The translations under genes were made by a program, and so were the position numbers. A DNA stretch of 64,000 nt from an uncultured Prevotellaceae bacterium (GTDB taxonomy: Bacteria > Bacteroidota > Bacteroidia > Bacteroidales > Bacteroidaceae), in NCBI GenBank assembly GCA_946188395.1, contig CAMHUU010000006.1, positions 21,866-85,865 on the forward strand, given 5' to 3'. Every line of letters starts with the position of its first letter. The first letter of the stretch is position 1. Positions 47,321 through 56,949 of this stretch are shown piece by piece. The notes below the pieces were generated by a model that saw only the letters and a program-made list of their open reading frames with translations, ran no database searches and was not told the DNA's origin.

Positions 47321-48381
47321 CCAGTATTTTTAACAATCTTCATCAGCGTTTCCGCGGACTTCTGCCACGAGAACCGCTTCGTGTTTTCATAACCTTTCTG
47401 ACGCATCGTTTCTTTTATAACGTCAGCATTGGTCAAATATTGTGTAATTATATGTAGAATTTCATTAGAATCGAGCGGATTGAAATATTGGGCGGCGTCG
47501 CCACATACTTCGCGCTCGACGGGAATGTCGGATACCAGCACCGGACAGCCGCATGCCATAGCCTCCAACGGGGGCAGGCCGAAACCCTCGTAGAGCGACG
47601 GAAAAACGAAGCATTCGGCCTGATTGTAGAGGCGAACCAGCTCGTCGTCGCTGACGCGTCCTAGGAACTGGATATGTTCGTTGTCGTCGGTGGTGAGCGC
47701 CTTCTGTTCGCCGAATACGCGGTTGTAGTTGCCGACGATGTACAGCTTGGCGCCGGTGAGATTCCGGCAGGCCTCGATGAGCCGGGCAAAGTTCTTCCTC
47801 GGGTCGATGGACGACACGCAGAGTACGAAGGGGTCTTTGGTGAGTGGTGAGGGGTGAGGGGTGAGTGGTGAGAAGAGGCGGCTGTCGATGGCGTTATAGA
47901 CCACGCTGATGCGCTCGCTTCGGAGGAACGGATAGAAGCGGAGAATCTCGCTTTTCGAGAACTCGCTGACGGTGATGATGTGCCGTGAGGTCTTTGCGGC
48001 GAGCGGCGTCATGAAGCGGTAGTACCAATAATAAGCCCGCGAATACCACGAGGGATTCTTCAGAAAGGCCAGGTCATGAATGGTCATTACCTTGCGGGGA
48101 ATGAGGATGGACCCTAGGCCCGTGAAGCTGAGCACCAGATAGTCTTTCTTGCCGAGGAAGAAAAACGGCAGGACGCACTGCTCCCAGAAATGCGAGTTGC
48201 CGATGCCGTAGTGGACGATGTGCAACGCGCTGACGTCGTAGTCGGAGTGGATGGGGGCTTTCGGACAGACGACGGTAAACGGTTGCCCGAGAGCAGCCAG
48301 CGCCTTACAGATGTTGTAGGCGTAGCGCTCGACACCCGTCATGGGCTGTGTCAGAAATCGTCCGTTGATGTATATTGTCAT
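47311..48381 (-). CDS. Glycosyltransferase family 4
   Basis: 'TGVERY', 'TIHDL', 'PRKN', 'YEGFGLPPLEAMACG'. Confidence 0.92.
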   Translation of the reverse strand: MTIYINGRFLTQPMTGVERYAYNICKALAALGQPFTVVCPKAPIHSDYDVSALHIVHYGIGNSHFWEQCVLPFFFLGKKDYLVLSFTGLGSILIPRKVMTIHDLAFLKNPSWYSRAYYWYYRFMTPLAAKTSRHIITVSEFSKSEILRFYPFLRSERISVVYNAIDSRLFSPLTPHPSPLTKDPFVLCVSSIDPRKNFARLIEACRNLTGAKLYIVGNYNRVFGEQKALTTDDNEHIQFLGRVSDDELVRLYNQAECFVFPSLYEGFGLPPLEAMACGCPVLVSDIPVEREVCGDAAQYFNPLDSNEILHIITQYLTNADVIKETMRQKGYENTKRFSWQKSAETLMKIVKNTGCE

Positions 48382-48396
48382 CGTCTGATAGGCAGA

Positions 48397-49242
48397 TTAA
48401 TGGATATGCAGCAGGAACTTATGATAATAGTAGGTGAAGATGGAACCATAACCGGCACTGCGCAGCATGCGGTACTGCTTCATGTTGAGGCGCAGCATCT
48501 GACCGAAATGGCTGATGCGATAGCCGATGGTAAATCGCGAGCCATCGGTAGCGCCCACGGTGTTGTCGCCATGATTGCGGTATTCCAGCAGGGCCTCGGG
48601 CATGGCGTAGACGATTCCGTTTTCGGCAAAGGTGCGTGTCGTCACCCAGCCGTCGTGCATCAGGGCGTGTTTCCAGGGACGGTCCAGCGACACCGCTCTT
48701 GCCTGGCGGTTGAACAGCATGGCACAGCCCAGCGTGATGTTGATAACGCAACTCTTGAAGTCCTTGACGGCGTCGGGGTAGATGTGGCCGTATTCGCGAT
48801 AGGAAGGATGCAACAGGTTGAGATCGCCGTCGACTACCCTGACGTCGGAATGCACGATGATGGGTTTGTCGCCATGGATGGCTTCCTGTTGCTTCATGGC
48901 CTGATACGACAGTTCGACCTTCGTCGGATGCCAGACGTCATCCTGGTCGGAAAACATGTAATAGTCGGCTTCTACCCGCTCGAGCAGACTCATGAAGTTG
49001 GGCAGGGCGCCGCCTTGCGAGGGGTAGTCCATAACGGTAATCTGGTCGGGATGCCGGGCGACATAGTCGTTCAGCAGTTCAATGGTACCGTCCGTCGACC
49101 CGTCGTCGTGGATGTACAGGTGCCACAACGGGCTGCTCTGCGACAAGATGGAGTCAATCTGTTCGCCCAGAAACTTCCGGCCGTTATAGGTGGCCATTAG
49201 AATGGCGATGCGTTCTTCGTTGCTATTGTTTATTTGTTCCAT
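48397..49242 (-). CDS. Glycosyltransferase family 2 (rhamnosyltransferase-like)
   Basis: From ATG 49242: 'ILMATYNG', 'DDGSTD', 'FSDQDDVW', 'MHDGW'. Confidence 0.9.
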   Translation of the reverse strand: MEQINNSNEERIAILMATYNGRKFLGEQIDSILSQSSPLWHLYIHDDGSTDGTIELLNDYVARHPDQITVMDYPSQGGALPNFMSLLERVEADYYMFSDQDDVWHPTKVELSYQAMKQQEAIHGDKPIIVHSDVRVVDGDLNLLHPSYREYGHIYPDAVKDFKSCVINITLGCAMLFNRQARAVSLDRPWKHALMHDGWVTTRTFAENGIVYAMPEALLEYRNHGDNTVGATDGSRFTIGYRISHFGQMLRLNMKQYRMLRSAGYGSIFTYYYHKFLLHIH

Positions 49243-50570
49243 ATTCCTTTTGCTTTTCCGTTGATGAGTTTGTAGAACTGGATGCGGTTGACGATGAGGC
49301 CGGGGATATTGACCAGGCACATGACAACCATAAACCAGATGATGTCGTGCGTCCACAGGGTGGTGACGTAGGCCAGCGGGATGAAGAGCACGGCTGCCGC
49401 AGTGGTAAAGATGAGCTGCAGGCGTAGTTTCCCGATGCCGTTGATGAAATAGCTGTAGCGCATGCTGTAGATAAGGATGAAGATGTAAACCGCCATGGTG
49501 ACGGTCATCTTGGTGTCGATGACGGTCTGTCGGTCAATCCAGATGGCGTAGACGGTGTCGGCGAGCAGAATCATAACCACCAGACTAACGAGGAAGGCGA
49601 TGGTCAACTGCCGCAACCTGCGGGTGGCATTGCGAATCCACCCCATTTCGTTCAGCTGGTAGGCATCGGTCGTCGCATTCCAGAAGGGCATGCATACCAC
49701 GGTGAAGATGACCAGCAGGATGCTGAAATAGCGGTAGGTAATCTGGTAGGGGGTAACCAGTTCAGGCGAGAAAAGGTTCGATATCAGCAAGTTCGACGTC
49801 ATAAACAGGATGACACCCGAAATCTGCATGATGAAGAACTGCACGCCCATATTGATGACCGTTTTGGCTTCTTGCAGGTTGATGAGGCTGAACGACGGCC
49901 GCAGCTGCGGGTACTTGTATAGAAATGTATAGGGGAATGCCAGCAGATAGACGAGTAGGGGAGCTGCCGTATTGACCAGTGCGATGTGCATGAGTGAATG
50001 ACTGCCCGACCACAGGATGAAGTAGGTTCCGGCGAGTGCCAGCGTCTGTCCCAAGGCGATGAGCAGGTTGCTGACGGCAGGCAGTTGCAGGCCCATATAG
50101 AAATTGCCGATGAGCTTGAAGATGAACGACGTGCAGACGAGTGTCACCGTCACCATCAGCACTTGTTCCAGGTGGGTCACACGTGCCGGACTGGCGTTGA
50201 ACACCTGATAGGGGTCGCCGACGGCTATCAGCAACAGCAGAATGAGCAGCACGGGGACGATGATGCACGTCAGCATGGCAAAGGTCGACGATATCAGGCG
50301 GCGGGTGCGCTCGTTGTCGCCATGAGCCATGTATTCGGCAATCTTGTTTCTCAATCCGTTGCCCAGTCCGATGTCCATATTGTCTATCCATAACAGCATG
50401 CTGCTGATAGTCAGCCAGATGCCGTTCTTGTACTCTCCCAGACAGTGCAGCGTGGCAGGTACCATCAGCAGCACAACCAGCGCCGACCATCCCTTGATGA
50501 GGAACGAGGCGATGATGTTCTTCTGCAGTAGCGAAGTGCGCTTGTTGCTGTTGGTGGTTTCGCTGTTCAT
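49230..50570 (-). CDS. wzx: Wzx-like oligosaccharide flippase
   Basis: About 12 TM segments, 'DIGLGNGLRN' motif, located in a glycan locus. Confidence 0.85.
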   Translation of the reverse strand: MNSETTNSNKRTSLLQKNIIASFLIKGWSALVVLLMVPATLHCLGEYKNGIWLTISSMLLWIDNMDIGLGNGLRNKIAEYMAHGDNERTRRLISSTFAMLTCIIVPVLLILLLLIAVGDPYQVFNASPARVTHLEQVLMVTVTLVCTSFIFKLIGNFYMGLQLPAVSNLLIALGQTLALAGTYFILWSGSHSLMHIALVNTAAPLLVYLLAFPYTFLYKYPQLRPSFSLINLQEAKTVINMGVQFFIMQISGVILFMTSNLLISNLFSPELVTPYQITYRYFSILLVIFTVVCMPFWNATTDAYQLNEMGWIRNATRRLRQLTIAFLVSLVVMILLADTVYAIWIDRQTVIDTKMTVTMAVYIFILIYSMRYSYFINGIGKLRLQLIFTTAAAVLFIPLAYVTTLWTHDIIWFMVVMCLVNIPGLIVNRIQFYKLINGKAKGIWNK

Positions 50571-52633
50571 GGCTTCTTGAAGTTAAACAATAGATTGACC
50601 TTTTTCTGGGTGAAAAGGGTGACGAAGAAGGTGAACTGCAACAGGAACACCAAACTGTGGAAGAAATTCTCCTGATAGAACTGCAGCATCAGCGCAAAGA
50701 CGGCATAGGTATAGAGTGCACAGCCGATGCCGTTCTTGTTTTTGTACAGCCGATAGAGCCATCCGCACAGGCAGCCGTAGACGCCGGAGAAGAAGGCTAC
50801 GCCCTTGTAGCCGAAGTCGATGAAAAACGGCTGGAAGACGGTATAGACGTTCGTAGGAATGGGAACCCAGACAAACTCCTGCAACTTCTCTTTCACCACG
50901 ATGTCGCTGAATCCGAAACGCTCCAGGAAGACATAGATCTTCTCGAAGGTGTTGGTGCCGAATTGCGGCGTTAACTCCTGTCCCAGCTGGCAGAAGGCCA
51001 CAGGGGGCGACAGCACGTACATGGCAATGAAGTCGAGTAGCGTCTCTTCTTCCTGGTATTTGCTGCCTTCTTCGGCTCGGCCTAGGTTGAACAGGTAGAA
51101 TACCACCACCAGGATGCCGGCATAGATCAGAATGGATCGTAGCTTGATGACTTTTTTCTCGAAGAGCACGAAGATGACGCTGGTAAAGACAAAGAACATC
51201 GATTCTTTTTCCATGATGGCCAGCGAATTCATCAGACAGGCCAAAGCCAGTGTTACCACCTGCCATGTGGGAACTTTCGGATGTGCCCATAGTGCCACGA
51301 CAAACAGCGACTGGTTGATGACGATAGAATAGCTTAGCAGTCCCTGTCCCTCGCCGTACAATGCCAGTGTGCGGACGTTGTTCATCAGGTCTTCCGTGCT
51401 GAACATCATGACGATTTGCAGCACACGATAGACGTAGAGTGGGGTGATGATGAGCGACAGCACGAAGAAAGCGTTGAAGACGGTCTTGTTGAAGTCGAGG
51501 CTCTCGCTCCACAGGTCGTCCTTGTCTTGATGCCGGAAGGCATTGTAGGTAATCAATGCACAGATGCAGAAAATGGGCACCCAGATGGCAAAGCTGTAGT
51601 AGAACTGGCTGGTAATGGGATATAGCTTCGTGTTCAACAGATAGTAGAATCCGAGGATGGCTGTCCATATGGTAATGGTGATGGCCCAGGGCGAGAACCA
51701 TCCGCCGAAGTCAATATGTCGGAAGGCGTTGTCGGTTCCCTTGCGGGTGTAGATGGCATGACACAGACAGACAAACAGGGCTATGAGGAAGGCTACGGCG
51801 GCATAGGCCCATCGGTAGGGCGACACCTTCTGCTGAGAGATGTTGTAGCGCTTGACAACGACAAACGACGTGTTTTCCTTCTTTGTCAGGTAGTCTGCTC
51901 GGGCGTATTCTTCGGAAGCCTTCCGGTAGATATCGTATTTCAGCTGATAGTCTTTCTCCAGATGGGCCAGACGGCTCGTCGTGTAGTCCGACTTGGCTTT
52001 TTCGTGTGAATCGGCAAAACGCTCGTAGTCGCGCTTGGCCTGCTGGTAGGCCATCGACGCCTCACGACGCTTCTCAGCAGCATTCTCCTTATTGATACCC
52101 GCACGGTGTGACCGCAGACGTTCTATCTCTGCCTTCAGGAATGCCAGCGTCTGGTCCAGCACGTCGGCGGCCACCTCGGCATCCTGGTCGGTAATCTGTA
52201 TTTCCAGCGTCTGAGACTTCGAACTCAGGTAGTATTTCAGATGGTCCCTGATGATGTCGTAGATGACGTCCTTCTGTTCTTGTTCGTTGGATGGACGGAC
52301 GAACAGGTGCTCCCAGAAGGGGCGCCGGTGGTGGGTGGTGAGATAGTCGAAATAGCTTTGCTTGTATTTGTGTACGGTCATTTGGCCGATGCCTTCTATG
52401 AAATCCCTCGACTGCAGGATTTTCGAATAGATGTCGATATTATCGGTGCCTTCGTTGCCTGAATTCGAGTTCAGGTCGCGCATCATGACGTTCATCGAGT
52501 TCAGACCGATGAGCAGGTCCGTCGTCTTATACTCGTCGGCAATCTTCGCCTGGGCAGCGTATTCGTTGGGGATGGCCAGCGAAACCAGCCATCCGAATAC
52601 CGCAGAAAGTACTACCCAGGCAGCATACTTCAT
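50567..52633 (-). CDS. Wzz-like chain-length domain fused to Wzy-like O-antigen polymerase
   Basis: The first ~290 aa are TM-coiled coil-TM and similar to the adjacent Wzz. The remainder is polytopic with 'FSPW', 'TNVYTVFQPFFIDFG'. Confidence 0.8.
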   Translation of the reverse strand: MKYAAWVVLSAVFGWLVSLAIPNEYAAQAKIADEYKTTDLLIGLNSMNVMMRDLNSNSGNEGTDNIDIYSKILQSRDFIEGIGQMTVHKYKQSYFDYLTTHHRRPFWEHLFVRPSNEQEQKDVIYDIIRDHLKYYLSSKSQTLEIQITDQDAEVAADVLDQTLAFLKAEIERLRSHRAGINKENAAEKRREASMAYQQAKRDYERFADSHEKAKSDYTTSRLAHLEKDYQLKYDIYRKASEEYARADYLTKKENTSFVVVKRYNISQQKVSPYRWAYAAVAFLIALFVCLCHAIYTRKGTDNAFRHIDFGGWFSPWAITITIWTAILGFYYLLNTKLYPITSQFYYSFAIWVPIFCICALITYNAFRHQDKDDLWSESLDFNKTVFNAFFVLSLIITPLYVYRVLQIVMMFSTEDLMNNVRTLALYGEGQGLLSYSIVINQSLFVVALWAHPKVPTWQVVTLALACLMNSLAIMEKESMFFVFTSVIFVLFEKKVIKLRSILIYAGILVVVFYLFNLGRAEEGSKYQEEETLLDFIAMYVLSPPVAFCQLGQELTPQFGTNTFEKIYVFLERFGFSDIVVKEKLQEFVWVPIPTNVYTVFQPFFIDFGYKGVAFFSGVYGCLCGWLYRLYKNKNGIGCALYTYAVFALMLQFYQENFFHSLVFLLQFTFFVTLFTQKKVNLLFNFKKP

Positions 52634-53697
52634 TGCAAGAGGATGATTTCTTGATAGTTCTTTTTAACGAGGATTGCCAGACGGACGGCAAAAGCCAACA
52701 TCACGAAGATGATGAGAATGAATACCTTGGGCATGTTGGAATGCTTGACGGGGACGGTGGCATTCTGCAGCGTCGTAAAGGCCGGCGTGCGTTCCTGGAC
52801 CTTGGCCTTCGCCATTTGCAACTGCTCGACGACCTGCGTATAAATGTTGTGCTTCAGCTGCATCTCGTTTTCCAACTCTTCCATCTTCGATTCTACCGAC
52901 TTCAGCACGATGTTTGTGTTGGCCTCGCAGAATTCGGCATATTTCAGGCGCGACTTCGTATACTGCGTCTCGGCCTCTTGGAAGAGCTTCTCCATGTATT
53001 GCTCGTCGTTGCGGGCCTTGTTGGTGCGGTAGTTGGTGATGAACAGCTGCAGCTGAGCCTTCACCGCATTGACTACCGTCATGGCGATGAGCGGGTCTTG
53101 GGCGGTCACGACAATGTCGATGACGTTGGTTTTCTTATCTACGTGACAGTCGATGCTACCGCTGATGGCCTTACATAGGTCGTACTGTTTCTTGGTCAGG
53201 AACGACGGATCAATCTTGTTGTTGCCAGTCGACTCATCGTCGCTTTTCAGCATGTTCTTCAGGTTGTTCAGCCATTCGCCGGGATAACTCCACCAGGCTA
53301 TCTTCTGGTGCTTGTCCAGATACTCGCTGTAGGGCATGTCCTTGATGGTCTTGTCCTTCGAGGTTACCTTCACGTCGAACAGGCTTACCAGGAATTCTGT
53401 CGACTCGATGGCATCGGGATAGATTTCCGGATAGATGGCGTCGCCACTGGTTCCGAACTTCATGTTCATACCCACCATGCTGGCCAGCGACGAGATGTTG
53501 CCCGAGAATCCGTTAGAGGTTTCTTCCGGTGCCAGCATGACGCTCGACTTGTAGATTCTGGGGATGCTGAATGCCACGATGATGCTTATGACGGCACCAA
53601 TGCCGCAATAGATCAGCATCTTACGCTTGTCGGCCCTGATCAGTTGAATCAGCCGTACAACGTCGATTCTTATTTTGCGTGATTGATTTTCTTCCAT
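52630..53697 (-). CDS. Chain-length determinant Wzz-like (polysaccharide co-polymerase)
   Basis: TM, 'DAIYPEIYP', 'AQDPLIA', coiled coil, 'KVQERTPAF...ATVP', TM. No kinase domain. Confidence 0.88.
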   Translation of the reverse strand: MEENQSRKIRIDVVRLIQLIRADKRKMLIYCGIGAVISIIVAFSIPRIYKSSVMLAPEETSNGFSGNISSLASMVGMNMKFGTSGDAIYPEIYPDAIESTEFLVSLFDVKVTSKDKTIKDMPYSEYLDKHQKIAWWSYPGEWLNNLKNMLKSDDESTGNNKIDPSFLTKKQYDLCKAISGSIDCHVDKKTNVIDIVVTAQDPLIAMTVVNAVKAQLQLFITNYRTNKARNDEQYMEKLFQEAETQYTKSRLKYAEFCEANTNIVLKSVESKMEELENEMQLKHNIYTQVVEQLQMAKAKVQERTPAFTTLQNATVPVKHSNMPKVFILIIFVMLAFAVRLAILVKKNYQEIILLQ

Positions 53698-53703
53698 AGT
53701 CTT

Positions 53704-56253
53704 TTACTTCACAAGATTAGCAATCGTGGCAATCATGGTGGCAATCGACGCCGTCGACGAACCGATGGTCAGCCACTCAGCAATACCCATAGAACGGCCT
53801 TTTCGTTTGGTAGGTACCACAATCTGGCATCCAGGACGCGGTTTGTGCTTACGATCTGCACGAGCCACCATACCGTTCATGTAGATAATAATCGTCTGGC
53901 TCTCCTTAGCTGTCGAGGTGGTACCACCGGCCAGGTCGATATAATATTTGGCGTTCTTTCCTTCCTTGAAGCGTACCGTATTCGGATAGAGCACCTCACC
54001 ATTGATTTTTACGGTACCATCGTAACGTGGTACAATGATGCGGTCACCGTCACGCAGAATGGGGTCGTCTTCACTGCCAGGATTCTCCAAGGCCTTGTCC
54101 ATCTCGATACCGACGGGATAGTTGGCATTTGTCACCAGTTTCTTTACGTCAATGGAGTCGTTGCCAGAATTACGCTGGGCGGTGCGCAGCATGGTTTCCA
54201 TCTGGTCGCGTTCTTCGGGAGTCATGAGTCGCAACAGCTTCGTTCCTTCAGGATAGGCGCGCTTGGTCAGTCCGCCGGCTTGCTTCAGCACTTCACTCAG
54301 TCGCTGGCCTTTGTTCGACAGGGCGTAGGTTCCTTCGAACTGCACCTCACCCTCGATGGTTACGTTCTGCTGTTCTGTGTAGTTTGGTGAACGGCGCACA
54401 TACACTTCATCGAAAGGCTGGAGCGTGAAGTCGGGCTGTCCCTGAATGGAGAAATTCGGCGTCAGCTTGAAACTGAACGTCTGGGCTATCTGGTCGTCGG
54501 CTTCGGTAGCGTTGGGATTGGTAATGCGGCGGGCTACGTCGACCTTTACCAGCGAGGCTGCTTCCGTGGGTCCGCCAGCCTGCAGAATCAGGTCTTCTAT
54601 GCTCTCGTTCTCGGCAAACTTATATGTTCCGGGGTAGTGTACCTCACCATTGATAGATACTGTCTTCAAGGTCTCGTTCTCGTCGCGGCTGGCCACGTAG
54701 ATCACGTCCTCGTTGCGCAGTGGCACGTCGGGTACGGTACCTTCCAGAATGCCGACAATGTCCACGCTCTGCACTTCCAGCGTGCGATCCACCTTCATGC
54801 GATGCATGACGGCATGCTGGCCGATGGCACCCTCCGTCAGTCCGGCAGCAGCTTCCACCAGAGCTTTCACGGTGCTGATATCACCACCGACATGGTACAT
54901 GCCGGGACGGAATACGGCACCCTTGATTTCCACCATGTTCTGATAGCGTACGATGGTCGAGTCTACACTCACCGAGTCTTCGTCCATCAGTTTGAAGGTG
55001 TTCATATCGAATTCGCCTACGCTGAACACTGAATAGCCTGCTCCGGCCTTACGGTTGATGCGGATGGCCTTTGTATAGGCGTCACCCGTGAATCCACCGG
55101 CATAGTTCACCAGCGTGGCGGCACTCTCGGTTTTCTTCATTTCGTAGAACATCGGGCGCTTGACCTTACCCGTGATGTTCACCAGCGACTCGTAAGGACC
55201 TACGGTAATCACGTCGTTGTCGTGCAGTCGCACATCACCGGTCAGACGTCCGTTCAACAGGAAGTCGTACACGTCGACATTCGATATCAGCTTTCCGTTA
55301 CGGTATACCTTCACGTTACGCAGCGTACCGATTTCGTTCGGGCCGCCGGCCATGTACAGTGCGTTGTATACAGTGGCAAAGGCCGACATTGTAAACGTGC
55401 CCGGCATCTTCACTTCACCAATCACACTGACGGTAATGGTACGTGTCTGTCCCACTGTCAGGTCAATCTTGGAACCCTGGTATCGAGGTCCCAACACGCG
55501 CTTCAGGCGGGCTTTCGCCTGACTAACGCTTAGGCCTCCCAGTTGGATGACGCCGATGTTCTCGATGGTAATTGTTCCGTCGGGCGAGATGGTTTCCGAC
55601 ACGTTCTCCTGCGAGGCACCCCATACGTCTACGTTTACTACGTCGCCAGGGCCCAGCACATAGTTCTGAGGCGTTGCGAGGTTCATCGAACTCTCGAACG
55701 TCAGCTTCTTGTTGTTGAAGATGTCGTGACCGAAAATCTTGCGCTTCTCCTCGTCCTTGTCCTTCGTCATGTACTCCTCGTCGTAGTATTTCAGCGAGTC
55801 GGGCATCATGAAGTCCATGGCGTCGTCCATTTCCACGAAGTCCTCGTCTTCCTCGTCATACGTGTGACGCTGAATCTGGTTCTTCTTCTTCGTGTCCTTG
55901 ATTCTGAACTGCGAAGCCTTCTTCTTGTCCTCCTTTTTCTGCTCTCTGCGCTTGTCGCCATTCTGCTCTCTCATGCGCGTCTTCATCTCCTTCGAACCAG
56001 CCGTGATATCGTCGGCGCCCATCGCACCGTTCTTCATCTGCTTCTGGTACTTCTTCTGGATACGGCGAATTTGCTCGATGGTCACACCGCGCTGCATCAG
56101 CTGCGTCACAATCTTCTGACGCGGCACGCCCTGCGCGTTCTGCTCAATCACGTAATCCATTATCTGATTGTCGGTCATACCCGACTGCGCCCAGCTCATG
56201 ACGGCACACGCCATCACGCTGGCTATGAGAGTAGCGAATCGTTTCATAGACAC
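53704..56253 (-). CDS. Polysaccharide export protein with multiple SLBB domains (Wza/KpsD-like)
   Basis: 'IFGHDIF', 'YVLGPGD', repeated 'V.I.GEV..PG.Y....L...AGG' units. Confidence 0.92.
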   Translation of the reverse strand: MSMKRFATLIASVMACAVMSWAQSGMTDNQIMDYVIEQNAQGVPRQKIVTQLMQRGVTIEQIRRIQKKYQKQMKNGAMGADDITAGSKEMKTRMREQNGDKRREQKKEDKKKASQFRIKDTKKKNQIQRHTYDEEDEDFVEMDDAMDFMMPDSLKYYDEEYMTKDKDEEKRKIFGHDIFNNKKLTFESSMNLATPQNYVLGPGDVVNVDVWGASQENVSETISPDGTITIENIGVIQLGGLSVSQAKARLKRVLGPRYQGSKIDLTVGQTRTITVSVIGEVKMPGTFTMSAFATVYNALYMAGGPNEIGTLRNVKVYRNGKLISNVDVYDFLLNGRLTGDVRLHDNDVITVGPYESLVNITGKVKRPMFYEMKKTESAATLVNYAGGFTGDAYTKAIRINRKAGAGYSVFSVGEFDMNTFKLMDEDSVSVDSTIVRYQNMVEIKGAVFRPGMYHVGGDISTVKALVEAAAGLTEGAIGQHAVMHRMKVDRTLEVQSVDIVGILEGTVPDVPLRNEDVIYVASRDENETLKTVSINGEVHYPGTYKFAENESIEDLILQAGGPTEAASLVKVDVARRITNPNATEADDQIAQTFSFKLTPNFSIQGQPDFTLQPFDEVYVRRSPNYTEQQNVTIEGEVQFEGTYALSNKGQRLSEVLKQAGGLTKRAYPEGTKLLRLMTPEERDQMETMLRTAQRNSGNDSIDVKKLVTNANYPVGIEMDKALENPGSEDDPILRDGDRIIVPRYDGTVKINGEVLYPNTVRFKEGKNAKYYIDLAGGTTSTAKESQTIIIYMNGMVARADRKHKPRPGCQIVVPTKRKGRSMGIAEWLTIGSSTASIATMIATIANLVK

Positions 56254-56308
56254 TATTAATGCATTAACTTATATATAATATAAACACCCTTTCGGGCGAA
56301 ATATTGTG

Positions 56309-56377
56309 CAAAGGTAGTGTAAAATGAGCGAAAATCCAAATAAAATTTGGTTTTTAGCTTACTTATTTGTAATTTTG
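56309..56377. promoter_or_regulatory. Divergent promoters for the capsule locus and tmRNA
   Basis: TAccTTTG on minus (56309-56316) and TAatTTTG on plus (56370-56377). Confidence 0.7.
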
Positions 56378-56402
56378 CAGCCGAAACGTGACTTTCACAC
56401 CT

Positions 56403-56798
56403 GGGGTTGACTGGATTTGACAGCAGGATGAGATGGTACGTAAGCATGCGGAGTGACGACTGTGGACTCCATAATCACGTCGGTCGAAAAATTAATTGGC
56501 AACAATGAGTATGCTCTCGCTGCCTAATCGAAGTATAGTAGATTGAGGCTCAATTCCGTCACCAGGTGACAGAACGAGACGTCGCTCCGAGGATGTTGTT
56601 CCGAATCCGGAGATCAAGCGGCGCAGGTTAAATCGGAAATAGTCTTGTCAGGCCTTGATGGCGGGATGAATTTTTAGAGGATAAGGTCGTGATTGGTGGC
56701 TTGGGTCTTGTCGCGACACGAAAATGAAGGCCAAGATAAGCATGTAGAAAGCGTATGGTTTCCCTGTTTGGACCGGGGTTCGACTCCCCGCAGCTCCA
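56403..56798 (+). ncRNA. ssrA: tmRNA
   Basis: 5' GGGGTTGACTGGATTTGACAG pairs with 3' CAGCTCC-A; T-arm GGGGTTCGACTCCCC; tag ORF GNNEYALAA* at 56498-56527. Confidence 0.96.
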
Positions 56799-56868
56799 CT
56801 ACGTTACGCTGATGAGCCTCACCCCGGCGGGGTTCTTTGACCTGAGGTCAAAGCGACTTCGTCGATGA

Positions 56869-56887
56869 CGACTCCCCGCAGCTCCAC
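56869..56887 (+). repeat. 19-bp direct repeat of tmRNA 3' end (att-like)
   Basis: CGACTCCCCGCAGCTCCAC, identical to 56781-56799. Confidence 0.9.
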
Positions 56888-56931
56888 ATCAAAAATGAGC
56901 CTCACCGAAAAGGATGAGGCTCATTTTTGAT
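56888..56931. terminator. Bidirectional intrinsic terminator
   Basis: 17-bp perfect IR ATCAAAAATGAGCCTCA / TGAGGCTCATTTTTGAT between convergent genes. Confidence 0.85.
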
Positions 56932-56949
56932 ATATTCTTCACCGTCAGT

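Noticed and set aside
56256-56400. Phase-variable capsule promoter or UpxY antitermination system
   Set aside because: No clear IR pair flanks the promoter, the leader is short, and there is no upxY/upxZ gene in the locus.
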